A DNA stretch of 59,750 nucleotides, counting the filler. It is 3 parts of 3 records of this genome, joined end to end, with 100 filler letters (N's around TTAATTAATTAA, not from the genome) between each part and the next. Parts side by side here need not be neighbours in the genome. Positions count along the whole stretch, not along the records: positions 1 to 30,084 come from DRR378314_57; 2 more parts are not named here. One strand, written 5' to 3'. Shown piece by piece: positions 1 through 10,594 of this stretch. The notes below the pieces were generated by a model. It had not been told where the DNA came from. It saw only the letters and a list, made by a program, of their open reading frames with translations, and did not search any database. Positions within the stretch are counted from its first letter, which is position 1. Each line of letters begins with the position of its first letter. The translations under genes were made by a program, and so were the position numbers.

Positions 1-1
1 T

Positions 2-2269
2 TTGCAAGCTGTTGCTTTTAAAACACAATATATAGAAGGTCAATTTGACAACACTTATTCTGAAAGTTTATTATTAGATGTTTTCACAGGCTCACACCCT
101 TACGCTCCTTTTACAGTGGCACCATTAGCCAAAGCTATTGGTGTTTTACACACAAAACCAGTACTATATTATGTTCCAAAACAAAAAGCATTACAGCATT
201 TTAATTCTGAATTTGGGAATGAATTATATATGATTGAAGAGCGCGCTGCTTCTGGTCATGGAGATAAAGAAAATTTTGGGTTCTCTAATAAAGTTATTAG
301 TACAAATGATGTCTTGAAAAAACAGATAAAAAATGGAAATTATAAAATTGATGAAGCGTCATACATTAGAGCTCGTTTGTTTGACATGCTACTTGGAGAT
401 TGGGACAGGCATGAAGACCAATGGCGTTGGGCTGCTTTTAAAGAAAATAACAGCACTATTTACAAACCAATTCCAAGAGATAGAGATCAAGTATTTTCAA
501 TCATGGCAGATGGTGCCTTATTAAATTTTGTTACAAAAACAATCCCTGCCTTACGTTTAATGCAATCTTATGATGCAGAAATGGGAAATACAAAATGGTT
601 TAATTTAGAGCCATATCCTTTAGATATGGCTATTATTAACCAAGCTGATAAAAAAATATGGGATACTCAAGTGAAATACATTCAAAAGAATATAACTGAT
701 CTAGTTATAGAAAAGGCTTTTCAAAATTTCCCAAATGAAATAAACGACCAAACCATCAATGATATTAAAAACAAATTAAAAGGTAGACTTAAAAATTTAC
801 ATAAAATCTCAGACGAATATTTTAACTATATCAATAAATATGCTGTTATAAAAGGAACCAATAAAGATGATATGTTTGAAATTGAAAGAATTAGCACTGG
901 CGTAACAGAAGTCAGAGGATATCGAATTAAAAAAGGGAAAAAAGGTGATCTTTTTCATCAAAAAAAATATAACAAATCACTAACAAAAGAAATATGGATT
1001 TATGGTTTAGATGATAAAGACATCTTTAAAGTATATGGTAACAGTTCAGATTTAATTAAGGTTCGATTAATTGGAGGGCAAAACAATGATACTTTTGAAA
1101 TATTGAATGGTAAAAAAGTAACTATGTATGATTATAAGTCTAAAAAAAATACATTTACAACTAAAAATGGAATTCAAAAATTAACCGACTCTTACACAAC
1201 AAATGTTTATGACTATAAAAAGTTAAAACACAATGCAATTACTGCAGTTCCAACAATAGGTGCTAACCCAGATGATGGAGTCAAACTTGGCTTGGTTGGT
1301 TCTTTTACTAGCTTTGGTTTTGAAAGAAATCCATTTACCTCTCAGCACACAATTTCTACTGCATATTACTTTGCTACAAATGGGTTTGACATTAGTTTAA
1401 AGAGTGAATTCGCCAATGTTATTAAGAATTGGAACTTAGGATTTAAAGCAGAATTTACGAGCCCTAATTATAGTATTAACTTTTTTGGACTAGGAAATAA
1501 TACAATAAATCAAAATTTTATTAATGAAAATTTATATGAGCAAGATTTCAATAGAGTAAAAATTAGAAAAACTACTCTTTCTTCTCATCTTATATGGAGG
1601 GGAGAATTAGGTGGTAATTTTAGAATTGGGTTAAATTACGAAACAAACGATGTAGAAAATACAACAGGGCGTTTTATAACAACAACTAATTTTGCCGCTA
1701 AAAATTCTTTCTTTGGAACAGAAGCTCATTACAATTTTGAAAACCAAGACAACAAAGCTTTTCCTACTTTAGGAATTAAAACTGATCTTACTTTAGGATA
1801 TAAATCTAATACCTCTAGAAATAAAGGATTCAGCTATATTATCCCTTCTTTAAGTTTCGATTATAAATTAATACCTAGTGGTCAACTTGTTCTTGCTACA
1901 AAATTTAAAGGTCATCTTAATTTTGGAGATGGATTTGAGTTTTACCAAGGTGCTTCTCTAGGCGGAAATGATGGTCTTCGAGGCTACAGAAACCAACGTT
2001 TTACGGGTAAAAATGCATTTTATCAAAACTCAGACATTCGTTTAAATTTACGAAAAATTAAAACTGGTTTATTACCATTACATATTGGTCTTTACAGTGG
2101 TTTTGATTATGGTAGAGTTTGGTTAGAAAATGACAATTCGAATACTTGGCATTCATCTATAGGTGGCGGTATTTTTGTTAACGGAGCAGATATGATTGCT
2201 GCTAATTTAGGCGTTTTTAAAGGAAAGGAAAATATCAGAGTCGCCTTTTCTCTTGGATTTAACTTTTAA
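2..2269 (+). CDS. 5'-truncated large outer-membrane protein: atypical kinase-like domain plus Omp85/BamA-TamA-type beta-barrel (resembles the C-terminal part of Bacteroidota metallophosphoesterase-Omp85 proteins)
   Basis: Frame is open from the window edge. Motifs DMLLGDWDRHEDQWRW and PIPRDRDQ; amphipathic strands, LRGY loop motif and terminal Phe (LGFNF). Confidence 0.75.
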   Translation: MQAVAFKTQYIEGQFDNTYSESLLLDVFTGSHPYAPFTVAPLAKAIGVLHTKPVLYYVPKQKALQHFNSEFGNELYMIEERAASGHGDKENFGFSNKVISTNDVLKKQIKNGNYKIDEASYIRARLFDMLLGDWDRHEDQWRWAAFKENNSTIYKPIPRDRDQVFSIMADGALLNFVTKTIPALRLMQSYDAEMGNTKWFNLEPYPLDMAIINQADKKIWDTQVKYIQKNITDLVIEKAFQNFPNEINDQTINDIKNKLKGRLKNLHKISDEYFNYINKYAVIKGTNKDDMFEIERISTGVTEVRGYRIKKGKKGDLFHQKKYNKSLTKEIWIYGLDDKDIFKVYGNSSDLIKVRLIGGQNNDTFEILNGKKVTMYDYKSKKNTFTTKNGIQKLTDSYTTNVYDYKKLKHNAITAVPTIGANPDDGVKLGLVGSFTSFGFERNPFTSQHTISTAYYFATNGFDISLKSEFANVIKNWNLGFKAEFTSPNYSINFFGLGNNTINQNFINENLYEQDFNRVKIRKTTLSSHLIWRGELGGNFRIGLNYETNDVENTTGRFITTTNFAAKNSFFGTEAHYNFENQDNKAFPTLGIKTDLTLGYKSNTSRNKGFSYIIPSLSFDYKLIPSGQLVLATKFKGHLNFGDGFEFYQGASLGGNDGLRGYRNQRFTGKNAFYQNSDIRLNLRKIKTGLLPLHIGLYSGFDYGRVWLENDNSNTWHSSIGGGIFVNGADMIAANLGVFKGKENIRVAFSLGFNF

Positions 2270-2277
2270 TATTTATC

Positions 2278-2661
2278 ATGAATCAATTTACCTTATTATC
2301 TGCAGCCTTTTTAGGAATGACAGCTATCATTTTAGGTGCTTTTGGAGCCCATGCTTTAAAGAAAACCTTAAATGAAGAACAATTAAAGAATTTTGAAACC
2401 GGAGTTAAATACCAAATGCATCATGCCTTAGTATTATTGATTCTAGGATTTCAATTAGAATTTAATCAACAAATTGAAAGTTATATTGTGTATTGTTTTA
2501 TTAGCGGAATTATTTTATTCTCTTTTTCAATTTATGGGTTAGTCATTTCTTCTGCTAAAAACAAAAAAATGCGATTTTTAGGACCAATTACCCCATTAGG
2601 TGGAGTTTTATTAACTCTTGGCTGGGGAATGTTATTTTATTTTTTTTATGTAAATAGTTAA
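2278..2661 (+). CDS. DUF423 (YgdD/TMEM256) small membrane protein
   Basis: GAFGAHALK, ETGVKYQMHH, GIILFSFSIY and GPITPLGG motifs; four hydrophobic helices. Confidence 0.9.
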   Translation: MNQFTLLSAAFLGMTAIILGAFGAHALKKTLNEEQLKNFETGVKYQMHHALVLLILGFQLEFNQQIESYIVYCFISGIILFSFSIYGLVISSAKNKKMRFLGPITPLGGVLLTLGWGMLFYFFYVNS

Positions 2662-3488
2662 TCCAATTTAAAAGAATATAAATTCCCTTTTGTATACATT
2701 GAATATTCATCAGTTATAAACAATGTATTTTCGTTTTTAAAACAAACTCCTTCTTTCTGAGAAGTATGTTCTAAAGGATATTCTTTAGTTACTCCAGAAA
2801 AGAAATTATCCTTGATAAATTGACTTAATACAAAAATAGATTTATGATTAACAAGTACTACCTTTTTTCCATCTGATGAAATATCTGCGCCCGTAATTTT
2901 ACAATCTACTGCATTACAAAACTCAAATTCAGAAATCAGTTTAGCAACATGTTTCCCTTTTTTATTAGGAACCTTAAACAATAAAGTTTTCCCTAATTTT
3001 TTCTTTTTTCTACTTTTAGTAAAAATGTAAAAATTATCTTGATAATAGAAAAAAGCTTCCGCATCAAAAGATACTTTCTTTTTTAATTTTGGATACTCAA
3101 ATTTAATTTTCTCAACCTCAACTGCATTACTATTCAACAAATCTTGATTGGCTATTTTAAGAATACTTAGATTTTTCCTTTTTTGATTATTGTTTCCAAA
3201 ATCACCAATGTATAAATTACCTTTATCATCAGAAGTAATATCTTCCCAATCGTGATTTTTAGCTTTTACTTTTACAACTTTTTCAATTTCCCCATTAATA
3301 TTTACACCAAATAATTCTGGTTTATTACCAGAATCATTATGCATCCAAATTAAATCAGAATTGAAAATCATCTCATTCCCAGAAACCTCTTTTAATAAAT
3401 TAGACAAATCAGAAACTAAGGCTAATTGTCCAAAATTACTACAAGAAACAAGAATAAAAATCAAAAAATAAAAGCCAGATTTTTTCAT
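2658..3488 (-). CDS. Conserved lipoprotein of unknown function, probable beta-propeller (SdiA-regulated/phytase-like)
   Basis: Start moved to ATG 3488 (MKKSGFYFLIFILVSC lipobox). Motifs NDSG, DWEDI, IGDFGNN, FDAEA, ITGAD and QKEGVCF. Confidence 0.7.
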   Translation of the reverse strand: MKKSGFYFLIFILVSCSNFGQLALVSDLSNLLKEVSGNEMIFNSDLIWMHNDSGNKPELFGVNINGEIEKVVKVKAKNHDWEDITSDDKGNLYIGDFGNNNQKRKNLSILKIANQDLLNSNAVEVEKIKFEYPKLKKKVSFDAEAFFYYQDNFYIFTKSRKKKKLGKTLLFKVPNKKGKHVAKLISEFEFCNAVDCKITGADISSDGKKVVLVNHKSIFVLSQFIKDNFFSGVTKEYPLEHTSQKEGVCFKNENTLFITDEYSMYTKGNLYSFKLD

Positions 3489-3498
3489 ATACTTAACT

Positions 3499-4302
3499 TT
3501 ACCAACCACCAGATGATCCTCCGCCACCAAAGCCGCCGCCGCCGCCAAAGCCACCAAAACCTCCGCCACTAAAACCACCACCAGATGATCCTCCGAAACC
3601 ACTACTTCCACCAAAACCTCTACCAGCATTACTCAAAATGATTGCATCTAAAATAGACAATCCTTTTCTGCGTCTTCCTCCACGCCCTCCACGATTATTA
3701 CGGTTTGATAAAATAATAAACAAAATAATAAAAAAGATGATGGGTATTATCCTAAAAAAGCTTGAAGATTTTTCTTTTTCCCTTTTCTTTTTGTTGTTTT
3801 TAAATTCGCCATTAAGAGCTTTAAAAATAGCATCAGTTCCTTTATCAAGTCCTTTGTAAAAATCACCTCTCTTAAACTCTGGATTTATTATTTGTGTTCT
3901 AATTTCTGTTGCAGTATAATCCGTTAATAAATGTTCAACTCCATAACCAGATTGGATACTCATTTTACGATCATCTTTTGCTACAAGAATAAATACACCA
4001 TTGTCTTTCCCTTTCTGTCCAATTTCCCATTTCTGACCCCAATTGGCAGCCAAATACCCAACATCTTCTCCTTTAGTTGAAGAAATTATAGCTACAAAAA
4101 CTTCTGTTGAAGTAGTATCATTATATCTTTTTAACTTCTGATATAACTTTTGATATTGACTTTTATTTAACAAGTTAATTTCATCCAGAACTGGTGGAAT
4201 AAAATTTGGTTTTTCCTGAATTTTATACTGTGCAAAAATTCCTTGAATAACGAATAAAGACAAAAATAAAATAGTAATTCTTACTTGATTTTTAATATGC
4301 AT
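3499..4302 (-). CDS. TPM-domain (YgcG-like) membrane protein with Gly-rich C-terminal tail
   Basis: Signal peptide, WEIGQKGKDNGV and GYGVE motifs, one TM helix, GGGFGGGGSSGGW tail. Confidence 0.9.
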   Translation of the reverse strand: MHIKNQVRITILFLSLFVIQGIFAQYKIQEKPNFIPPVLDEINLLNKSQYQKLYQKLKRYNDTTSTEVFVAIISSTKGEDVGYLAANWGQKWEIGQKGKDNGVFILVAKDDRKMSIQSGYGVEHLLTDYTATEIRTQIINPEFKRGDFYKGLDKGTDAIFKALNGEFKNNKKKREKEKSSSFFRIIPIIFFIILFIILSNRNNRGGRGGRRRKGLSILDAIILSNAGRGFGGSSGFGGSSGGGFSGGGFGGFGGGGGFGGGGSSGGW

Positions 4303-4739
4303 TATCCTTTAGATATTTCGTTAGACAACTCATTTGTATCATCAGTTTGGTATGGAAAAAATTGTTTCAATTGTTCTCCTGCATTTAATATTCCTGCAAT
4401 AATTCCTTTCTTAAACTTTCCTTCTTTAAAGTTAGTCGCCATAACATCTCTTGTACAATCCCAGAAATCATCAGCAACTACCTTATCGATTCCTTCATCT
4501 CCACAAATAGCAAATTGATGATCATCTACTGCTAAATACAATAACACTCCGTTTCTTTGCTCAGTTTTATGCATTAGCAATTCTCCAAAAACTTCTTGTG
4601 CTCGTTCAAATGCATCTTTTTTTGAAGTAGCTTCAATATGAATTCTGATTTCTCCAGAAGTATTTAATTCAGCTTCTTGAATTGCAGCAACAATTGCTTG
4701 TTCGTCTTCTTTAGATAAAAATTCTTTGGGTTTAGACAT
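4302..4739 (-). CDS. TPM-domain protein
   Basis: AELNTSGEIRIHIE, RNGVLLY, GDEGI and NELSNEIS motifs; lies next to lemA. Confidence 0.9.
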   Translation of the reverse strand: MSKPKEFLSKEDEQAIVAAIQEAELNTSGEIRIHIEATSKKDAFERAQEVFGELLMHKTEQRNGVLLYLAVDDHQFAICGDEGIDKVVADDFWDCTRDVMATNFKEGKFKKGIIAGILNAGEQLKQFFPYQTDDTNELSNEISKG

Positions 4740-5344
4740 TATTCTTTTTTATTAAAATCAAAATTCACATCAGGTGCTTTATCTGCTCCTTTATCAGAAG
4801 CATATAAATTCATTTTTTCAAAACTTCCAAAACCAGCTATAAAACTATTTGGAAACTTTGCGATATAAATATTATAATCACCTGCAGATGTATTAAACCT
4901 GTTTCTTTCAACATTTATTCTATTTTCTGTTCCTTCTAGTTGATTTTGCAATTGCAAAAAATTCTGATTTGCTTTTAAATCTGGGTAACGTTCTACCACC
5001 ACCATTAATTTAGATAATGCTGATGTTAAACCAGATTGTGCTTGTTGGAAAGCAGCCATATTTTGTGCTGTTAAGTTACCTGCATTAATTGTTGTAGAAG
5101 TTGCTTTTGCTCTTGCGTTGATCACTTCAGTTAAGGTTGTTTTTTCAAAATCTGCTGCTCCTTGAACAGTTTTCACTAAATTTCCTATTAAATCATTTCT
5201 ACGTTGATAAGAACTCTCTACGTTGGCCCAAGATTTTTCTGCTTGACCTTTCATATCTACCATGGTATTGTTAATTCCAATTCCCCATCTGACGGTAGCA
5301 AAAATTAAAATTCCAATAATTATTAGTGGCAACCATTTTTTCAT
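4739..5344 (-). CDS. lemA: LemA family protein
   Basis: N-terminal TM helix; YQRRNDLIGNLV, ERYPDLKAN and LEGTENRI motifs. Confidence 0.95.
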   Translation of the reverse strand: MKKWLPLIIIGILIFATVRWGIGINNTMVDMKGQAEKSWANVESSYQRRNDLIGNLVKTVQGAADFEKTTLTEVINARAKATSTTINAGNLTAQNMAAFQQAQSGLTSALSKLMVVVERYPDLKANQNFLQLQNQLEGTENRINVERNRFNTSAGDYNIYIAKFPNSFIAGFGSFEKMNLYASDKGADKAPDVNFDFNKKE

Positions 5345-5363
5345 AATTTGATTTCTTTAAAAT

Positions 5364-5693
5364 TTATAATTGATTTTTTATCTTGATTAACTCTGCTTTT
5401 ACGCCTTCTAACCTTGTAATTATTTCGTGATTGTTAATTGTACTTTCTGGATTTTTTTTAAGCTTCTGTTTGGCTCCATCAAGTGTAAAACCTCTTTCTT
5501 TTACTAAATTGTATATTAGTTTAAAATTCGAAACATCTTCAGGAGTAAATAATCGATTTCCTTTGGCGTTTTTTTTGGGTTTAATCACATCAAACTCCTT
5601 TTCCCAAAATCTTACTAATGATACATTAACATTAAATGCTTTAGCAACTTCTCCAATTTTGTAATACCTCTTTTCTGGTAAATCTATATGCAT
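5364..5693 (-). CDS. MerR-family HTH transcriptional regulator
   Basis: YKIGEVA...VRFWEKEF...KGNRLF; GFTLDGAK. Confidence 0.9.
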   Translation of the reverse strand: MHIDLPEKRYYKIGEVAKAFNVNVSLVRFWEKEFDVIKPKKNAKGNRLFTPEDVSNFKLIYNLVKERGFTLDGAKQKLKKNPESTINNHEIITRLEGVKAELIKIKNQL

Positions 5694-6664
5694 TAATCTA
5701 GCGATTGATTTTCTAATGAAGCTAATTCTAACATTCGGTCATATTCATCTGGTGTAAGGTCATTAAAATAATAATATACCGGATTTACTTTTCTGTTATT
5801 CTTATGAACTTCGTAATGTAAGTGAGGAGCTGTTGAAGTACCAGAAGTACCAACATATCCAATTAAATCTCCTCTTTTTATTTTCTGATTTTTACGAACA
5901 ACATATCTATCCATATGTCCATAAACAGTAATATATCCGTAACCATGATTTATTTTCACGTAGTTACCTAGCCCTTTTCTGGTTCTTACTGCTTTGATAA
6001 TTCTTCCATTTCCAGTAGCATACACTGGAGTTCCTTTAGGTGCAGAAAAATCCATTCCCCAATGATATTTTCTGGTCTTATAAATTGGATGAACTCTATA
6101 ACCGTAACCTGAAGCCATCCTTTTTAAGTTTTTATTTGCAACTGGCTGAATTGCTGGAATTGAAGCTAGCATTTCTTCTTTATCTTTAGCTAATTGTACA
6201 ATTTCATCTAAAGATTTTGATTGAACAACCATTTGCTTTGACAAAATGTCTAAATCTTTGGTAGCTTTTGCAATCATAGAAGAATTATCAAACCCTTCTA
6301 AATATTTATATCTATTAACACCACCAAAACCTGCTTTACGTTGTTCTTCTGGAATCGGATTTGCTTCAAAATAAACTCTATAAATTGTATTATCTCTTTC
6401 TTGCAATTCACTTAACACCTTACTACTTTCGTCAATTCTTTTGCTTAACAACTCGTAATGCAATTTTAAATTGTCATATTCTCTCTTTTGTGTTCTTTCA
6501 TTAGGGGACATTAAAAACTGACTAAACCCTACAAAACCAAAAAAAGCAACTAAAACCAACGCTAAAAAACCAAAGATGGTCTTTCTAAAGACATCTTTCT
6601 TTTTACGCTCAATCTTTCTATAAGATAGTGTTTCTGCGTCGTAATAATATTTTACCTTTGCCAT
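5693..6664 (-). CDS. M23 family metallopeptidase (membrane-anchored, coiled-coil)
   Basis: HWGMDF (HxxxD), YGHM and PHLHYEV (HxH) motifs. Confidence 0.95.
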   Translation of the reverse strand: MAKVKYYYDAETLSYRKIERKKKDVFRKTIFGFLALVLVAFFGFVGFSQFLMSPNERTQKREYDNLKLHYELLSKRIDESSKVLSELQERDNTIYRVYFEANPIPEEQRKAGFGGVNRYKYLEGFDNSSMIAKATKDLDILSKQMVVQSKSLDEIVQLAKDKEEMLASIPAIQPVANKNLKRMASGYGYRVHPIYKTRKYHWGMDFSAPKGTPVYATGNGRIIKAVRTRKGLGNYVKINHGYGYITVYGHMDRYVVRKNQKIKRGDLIGYVGTSGTSTAPHLHYEVHKNNRKVNPVYYYFNDLTPDEYDRMLELASLENQSLD

Positions 6665-6678
6665 AATTTGAAATGTAC

Positions 6679-6686
6679 TATTTTTG
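6679..6686 (+). promoter_or_regulatory. Bacteroidota -7 promoter element TATTTTTG (candidate alaS promoter)
   Basis: Exact TAnnTTTG match about 170 nt upstream of the alaS ATG. Confidence 0.4.
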
Positions 6687-6707
6687 TCTTCTTAAATTAA
6701 GAACAGA

Positions 6708-6715
6708 CAAATTTA
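6708..6715 (-). promoter_or_regulatory. Bacteroidota -7 promoter element TAAATTTG for the M23-MerR-LemA operon
   Basis: Exact TAnnTTTG match 43 nt upstream of the M23 start. Confidence 0.65.
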
Positions 6716-6857
6716 CAAAATGTTTTACAACTCCTAATTTTTGTAGTATATAAAAACATTAAATTGTACAAAAAACTTCATTTTGAATCTTTCATTCTAT
6801 CAGTAGAGAATAAAGGCAAAATGTTACAAAATAATTAAAGTATAGAATTTGACTTAT

Positions 6858-9473
6858 ATGAAATCGCAAGACATTAGAGCTACTTTTTTAAATTTCTTTA
6901 AAGATAAGCAACACGATATTGTGCCTTCTGCACCAATGGTTTTAAAAAACGACCCAACATTAATGTTTACTAATGCTGGTATGGTGCCATTTAAAGAGTT
7001 TTTCTTAGGAAATGCTGTCTCTAAAAACAATCGTATTTCTGATTCACAAAAATGTTTACGTGTTTCTGGTAAGCATAATGATTTGGATGAGGTTGGTTAC
7101 GACACCTACCACCATACCATGTTTGAAATGCTAGGAAACTGGAGTTTTGGCGATTATTTTAAGAAAGAAGCAATTGCTTGGGCTTGGGAATTATTAACGG
7201 AGGTTTATAAAATTGATAAAGATATTTTATATGTAACCGTTTTTGAAGGAAGTGATGATAAAGATAATTTATCATTAGATCAAGAAGCATACGATTATTG
7301 GAAACAAATTATCCCTGAAGATCGTATCTTAATGGGAAATAAAAAAGACAATTTTTGGGAAATGGGTGCTCAGGGTCCTTGTGGACCATGTTCAGAAATT
7401 CATGTAGACATTAGAACACCTGAAGAAAAGGCAAAAGTTGATGGAAAAACATTAGTTAACGAAGATCACCCACAAGTGGTAGAGATTTGGAACTTGGTTT
7501 TTATGCAATACAATCGCAAAGCTAATGGAACTTTAGAAGATTTACCTTCTAAACATATTGATACTGGAATGGGATTTGAGCGTTTGTGTATGGTTTTACA
7601 AGATGTAAAATCTAATTACGACACTGATGTTTTTACACCATTAATTAGAGAAATAGAAACCATAACAAATGCTACTTATGGTAAAGATGAAAAAACAGAC
7701 ATTGCTATTCGAGTAATTGTAGACCATGTTAGAGCTGTTGCTTTTTCAATTGCAGATGGTCAGTTACCAAGTAATACTGGTGCGGGTTATGTAATTAGAA
7801 GAATTTTAAGAAGAGCTATTCGTTACGGGTTTACTTTCTTAGATCAAAAAGAGCCTTTTATCTATAAATTAGCTGATGCGTTAAGTCAACAAATGGGAGA
7901 TGCTTTTCCAGAAATCAGGAATCAATCTAACTTAGTTCACAATGTTATTAAAGAAGAGGAGCAATCATTCTTAAGAACTTTAGATCAAGGGTTATTATTG
8001 CTAGATAAGGTAATTGAGAATACTAAAAACAATACAATTTCTGGTATTAAAGCTTTTGAATTGTATGACACTTATGGGTTCCCTTTAGATTTAACGCAAT
8101 TAATTGCAAGAGAAAAAGGATACATAATAGATGAAGCGGAATTTGGTTCAGAAATGACAAAACAAAAAGAACGTTCTCGTTCAGCTTCAGCTTCAGAAAC
8201 TAGTGATTGGACGATTTTAGATACTGATGAAACAAAAGGATTTATTGGTTATGACAACTTATTTGCAGATGTACATATTACACGTTACAGAAAAGTTACC
8301 ACTAAGAAAGATGGAGATTTATTTCAATTAGCATTTAACCAGACTCCTTTTTACCCAGAAGGTGGAGGACAAGTTGGTGATAAAGGTTTTTTAGAAGATA
8401 TTCATGGTGATGTAATTTATATTTTAGATACTAAGAAAGAGAATAATGTTATTATTCACTTTACCAAAACATTACCAAAACACATAAACGAAACATTTAA
8501 AGCTATTGTTAGCGATGAAGCAAGAAGTTTATCCGCTAGTAATCATACTGCAACACATTTATTGCATCAAGCTTTAAGAACTATTCTTGGAACTCATGTA
8601 GAGCAAAAAGGGTCTTTAGTAAGTCCTAAACATTTACGTTTCGATTTTTCTCATTTCTCTAAAGTTGATGCGGATCAACTACAAGAAATTGAAGATTTTG
8701 TAAATGCTCGTATTCGTGAAAATTTACCATTACAAGAACAGCGAAACATTCCTATGCAACAAGCAATTGATGAAGGTGCAATGGCACTATTTGGTGAAAA
8801 ATACGGAGATAATGTAAGAGCTATTCGTTTTGGAAAATCCATAGAACTTTGTGGAGGAATTCATGTGCAAAACACTAGTGATATTTGGTATTTTAAAATT
8901 AAATCTGAAGGAGCTGTAGCTGCTGGAATCAGAAGAATTGAAGCAATTACAAATCAATCAGTTGGTACGTACTTTGAAGGTATTGATAAAGAATACAATT
9001 CTATAAAGCAACTCTTAAAGAACAGCAAGAATCCTGTAAAATCTATTACCAGTTTACAAGATGAAAATGCTGCTTTAAAGAAAGAAATTGAACAATTATT
9101 AAAAGACAAAGCTAAAAATGTAAGTGGAGATATTAAAAATCAATTACAAGAAATTAATGGCGTTCAATTTTTAGCTGCTAAAGTAGATTTAGATGCTGGC
9201 GGAATTAAAAATTTAGCTTTTGAAATAGGAAAAGAACACAAAAATTTGTTCTTGTTATTTGGGGCAGAAAATAACGGAAAAGCAATATTAACTTGTTATG
9301 TTTCTAAAGAAATAGTAGAAAGTAAAAAATTAAATGCAGGAACTATCGTTAGAGAACTTGGAAAATACATTCAAGGTGGCGGAGGTGGTCAACCATTTTT
9401 TGCAACTGCTGGCGGAAAAAATCCAGGCGGAATTAAAGACGCTATAGAAAAAGCCATAGATTACATCAGTTAA
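6858..9473 (+). CDS. alaS: Alanine--tRNA ligase
   Basis: [37 protein letters not shown], editing [15 protein letters not shown] and C-terminal GGGG (DHHA1). ATG at 6858. Confidence 0.99.
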   Translation: MKSQDIRATFLNFFKDKQHDIVPSAPMVLKNDPTLMFTNAGMVPFKEFFLGNAVSKNNRISDSQKCLRVSGKHNDLDEVGYDTYHHTMFEMLGNWSFGDYFKKEAIAWAWELLTEVYKIDKDILYVTVFEGSDDKDNLSLDQEAYDYWKQIIPEDRILMGNKKDNFWEMGAQGPCGPCSEIHVDIRTPEEKAKVDGKTLVNEDHPQVVEIWNLVFMQYNRKANGTLEDLPSKHIDTGMGFERLCMVLQDVKSNYDTDVFTPLIREIETITNATYGKDEKTDIAIRVIVDHVRAVAFSIADGQLPSNTGAGYVIRRILRRAIRYGFTFLDQKEPFIYKLADALSQQMGDAFPEIRNQSNLVHNVIKEEEQSFLRTLDQGLLLLDKVIENTKNNTISGIKAFELYDTYGFPLDLTQLIAREKGYIIDEAEFGSEMTKQKERSRSASASETSDWTILDTDETKGFIGYDNLFADVHITRYRKVTTKKDGDLFQLAFNQTPFYPEGGGQVGDKGFLEDIHGDVIYILDTKKENNVIIHFTKTLPKHINETFKAIVSDEARSLSASNHTATHLLHQALRTILGTHVEQKGSLVSPKHLRFDFSHFSKVDADQLQEIEDFVNARIRENLPLQEQRNIPMQQAIDEGAMALFGEKYGDNVRAIRFGKSIELCGGIHVQNTSDIWYFKIKSEGAVAAGIRRIEAITNQSVGTYFEGIDKEYNSIKQLLKNSKNPVKSITSLQDENAALKKEIEQLLKDKAKNVSGDIKNQLQEINGVQFLAAKVDLDAGGIKNLAFEIGKEHKNLFLLFGAENNGKAILTCYVSKEIVESKKLNAGTIVRELGKYIQGGGGGQPFFATAGGKNPGGIKDAIEKAIDYIS

Positions 9474-9490
9474 ACTATGAAAATAATAGA

Positions 9491-9530
9491 CAAAAAGGTT
9501 CAAGGTTTTACTTTGAACCTTTTTGTTTTT
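9491..9530 (+). terminator. Intrinsic terminator after alaS
   Basis: CAAAAAGGTTCAA...TTGAACCTTTTTG inverted repeat followed by a T-tract. Confidence 0.8.
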
Positions 9531-9555
9531 ATATTTATACTTTGAAACAATATCA

Positions 9556-10509
9556 ATGAAACTTCAAACTCAAATATCAATTCCTGAAGAAAAGCATAAT
9601 CCAATCGATTATCATTCTACTATTTTACTTGTAGGTTCTTGTTTTTCTATGAATATTGGAAATAAATTAGCTTATTATAAGTTTCAAACTACCCAAAATC
9701 CTTTCGGAATTTTATTTCACCCAAAGTCAATCGAAAAACTCATTACAAATACAGTAAATGAGAAAGAATATACAGAAAAAGACATTTTCTTCTTAAATGA
9801 ACGTTGGCACTGTTTTGATGCACATTCTAATTTAAGTTCTGTTGATAAAAATGAATTACTTTCTAATTTAAATTCAGCTATTAAATCAACTCATCACCAA
9901 ATAAAAAAATCTTCTCACATAATAATCACTTTAGGAACCGCTTGGACATACAGGAATATTGAAACCAATACAACTGTTGCTAATTGTCATAAAGTACCGC
10001 AGAAAAAGTTTGTAAAAGAAATTTTATCAATTGATGAGATTACTGAATGTTTAGAAGGAATAATTTCATTAATTAAATCGATTAATAAAAATGCATCATT
10101 TGTATTTACTGTTTCTCCTATTAGACATTTAAAAGATGGATTTATTGAAAACCAACAAAGTAAATCACATCTTATTTCGGCAATACACCAAATAATTAAT
10201 AACAGAAAAAAAACACATTATTTTCCTAGTTATGAACTTATGATGGATGAATTGCGTGATTATCGTTATTATGAAGAAGACATGATACACCCAAACAGAA
10301 CTGCTATCAATTATATTTGGAATAAATTTTCTGGTGTTTGGATTACTGAAAAATCAAAAGAAACTATGAAAGAAATTTCGACCATTCAAAATGGTTTATC
10401 CCATAAACCTTTCAATCCAAATTCAATACAACATCAACAGTTTATAAAAAAACTAGAAAACAAAATTGAAAATTTAAAAAAAACACATCCTTTCTTAAAT
10501 TTTATGTAA
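9556..10509 (+). CDS. GSCFA-domain protein (SGNH-like)
   Basis: GSCFS, NPFGILFHP, ITLGTAW, VANCHKVP, TVSPIRH, YFPSYE and DMIHP motifs. ATG at 9556. Confidence 0.9.
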   Translation: MKLQTQISIPEEKHNPIDYHSTILLVGSCFSMNIGNKLAYYKFQTTQNPFGILFHPKSIEKLITNTVNEKEYTEKDIFFLNERWHCFDAHSNLSSVDKNELLSNLNSAIKSTHHQIKKSSHIIITLGTAWTYRNIETNTTVANCHKVPQKKFVKEILSIDEITECLEGIISLIKSINKNASFVFTVSPIRHLKDGFIENQQSKSHLISAIHQIINNRKKTHYFPSYELMMDELRDYRYYEEDMIHPNRTAINYIWNKFSGVWITEKSKETMKEISTIQNGLSHKPFNPNSIQHQQFIKKLENKIENLKKTHPFLNFM

Positions 10510-10594
10510 TTCCTACCTAGAAGAAGGTTATTCTTTCTATTTAAAAAAAAAACACTAAATTTATCCTAGTTTAATTTCCCCGATAAATTATACA

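Noticed and set aside
3489..3629. N-terminal extension of the 2658..3629 ORF (MLVEVLVEVV...)
   Set aside because: It is an alternative-frame read of the TPM Gly-rich tail; the lipoprotein signal starts at 3488.
3500..3630. GC-rich CCA/CCG repeats as a tandem array or CRISPR
   Set aside because: They encode the Gly/Ser/Phe tail of the TPM protein; there is no repeat-spacer structure.
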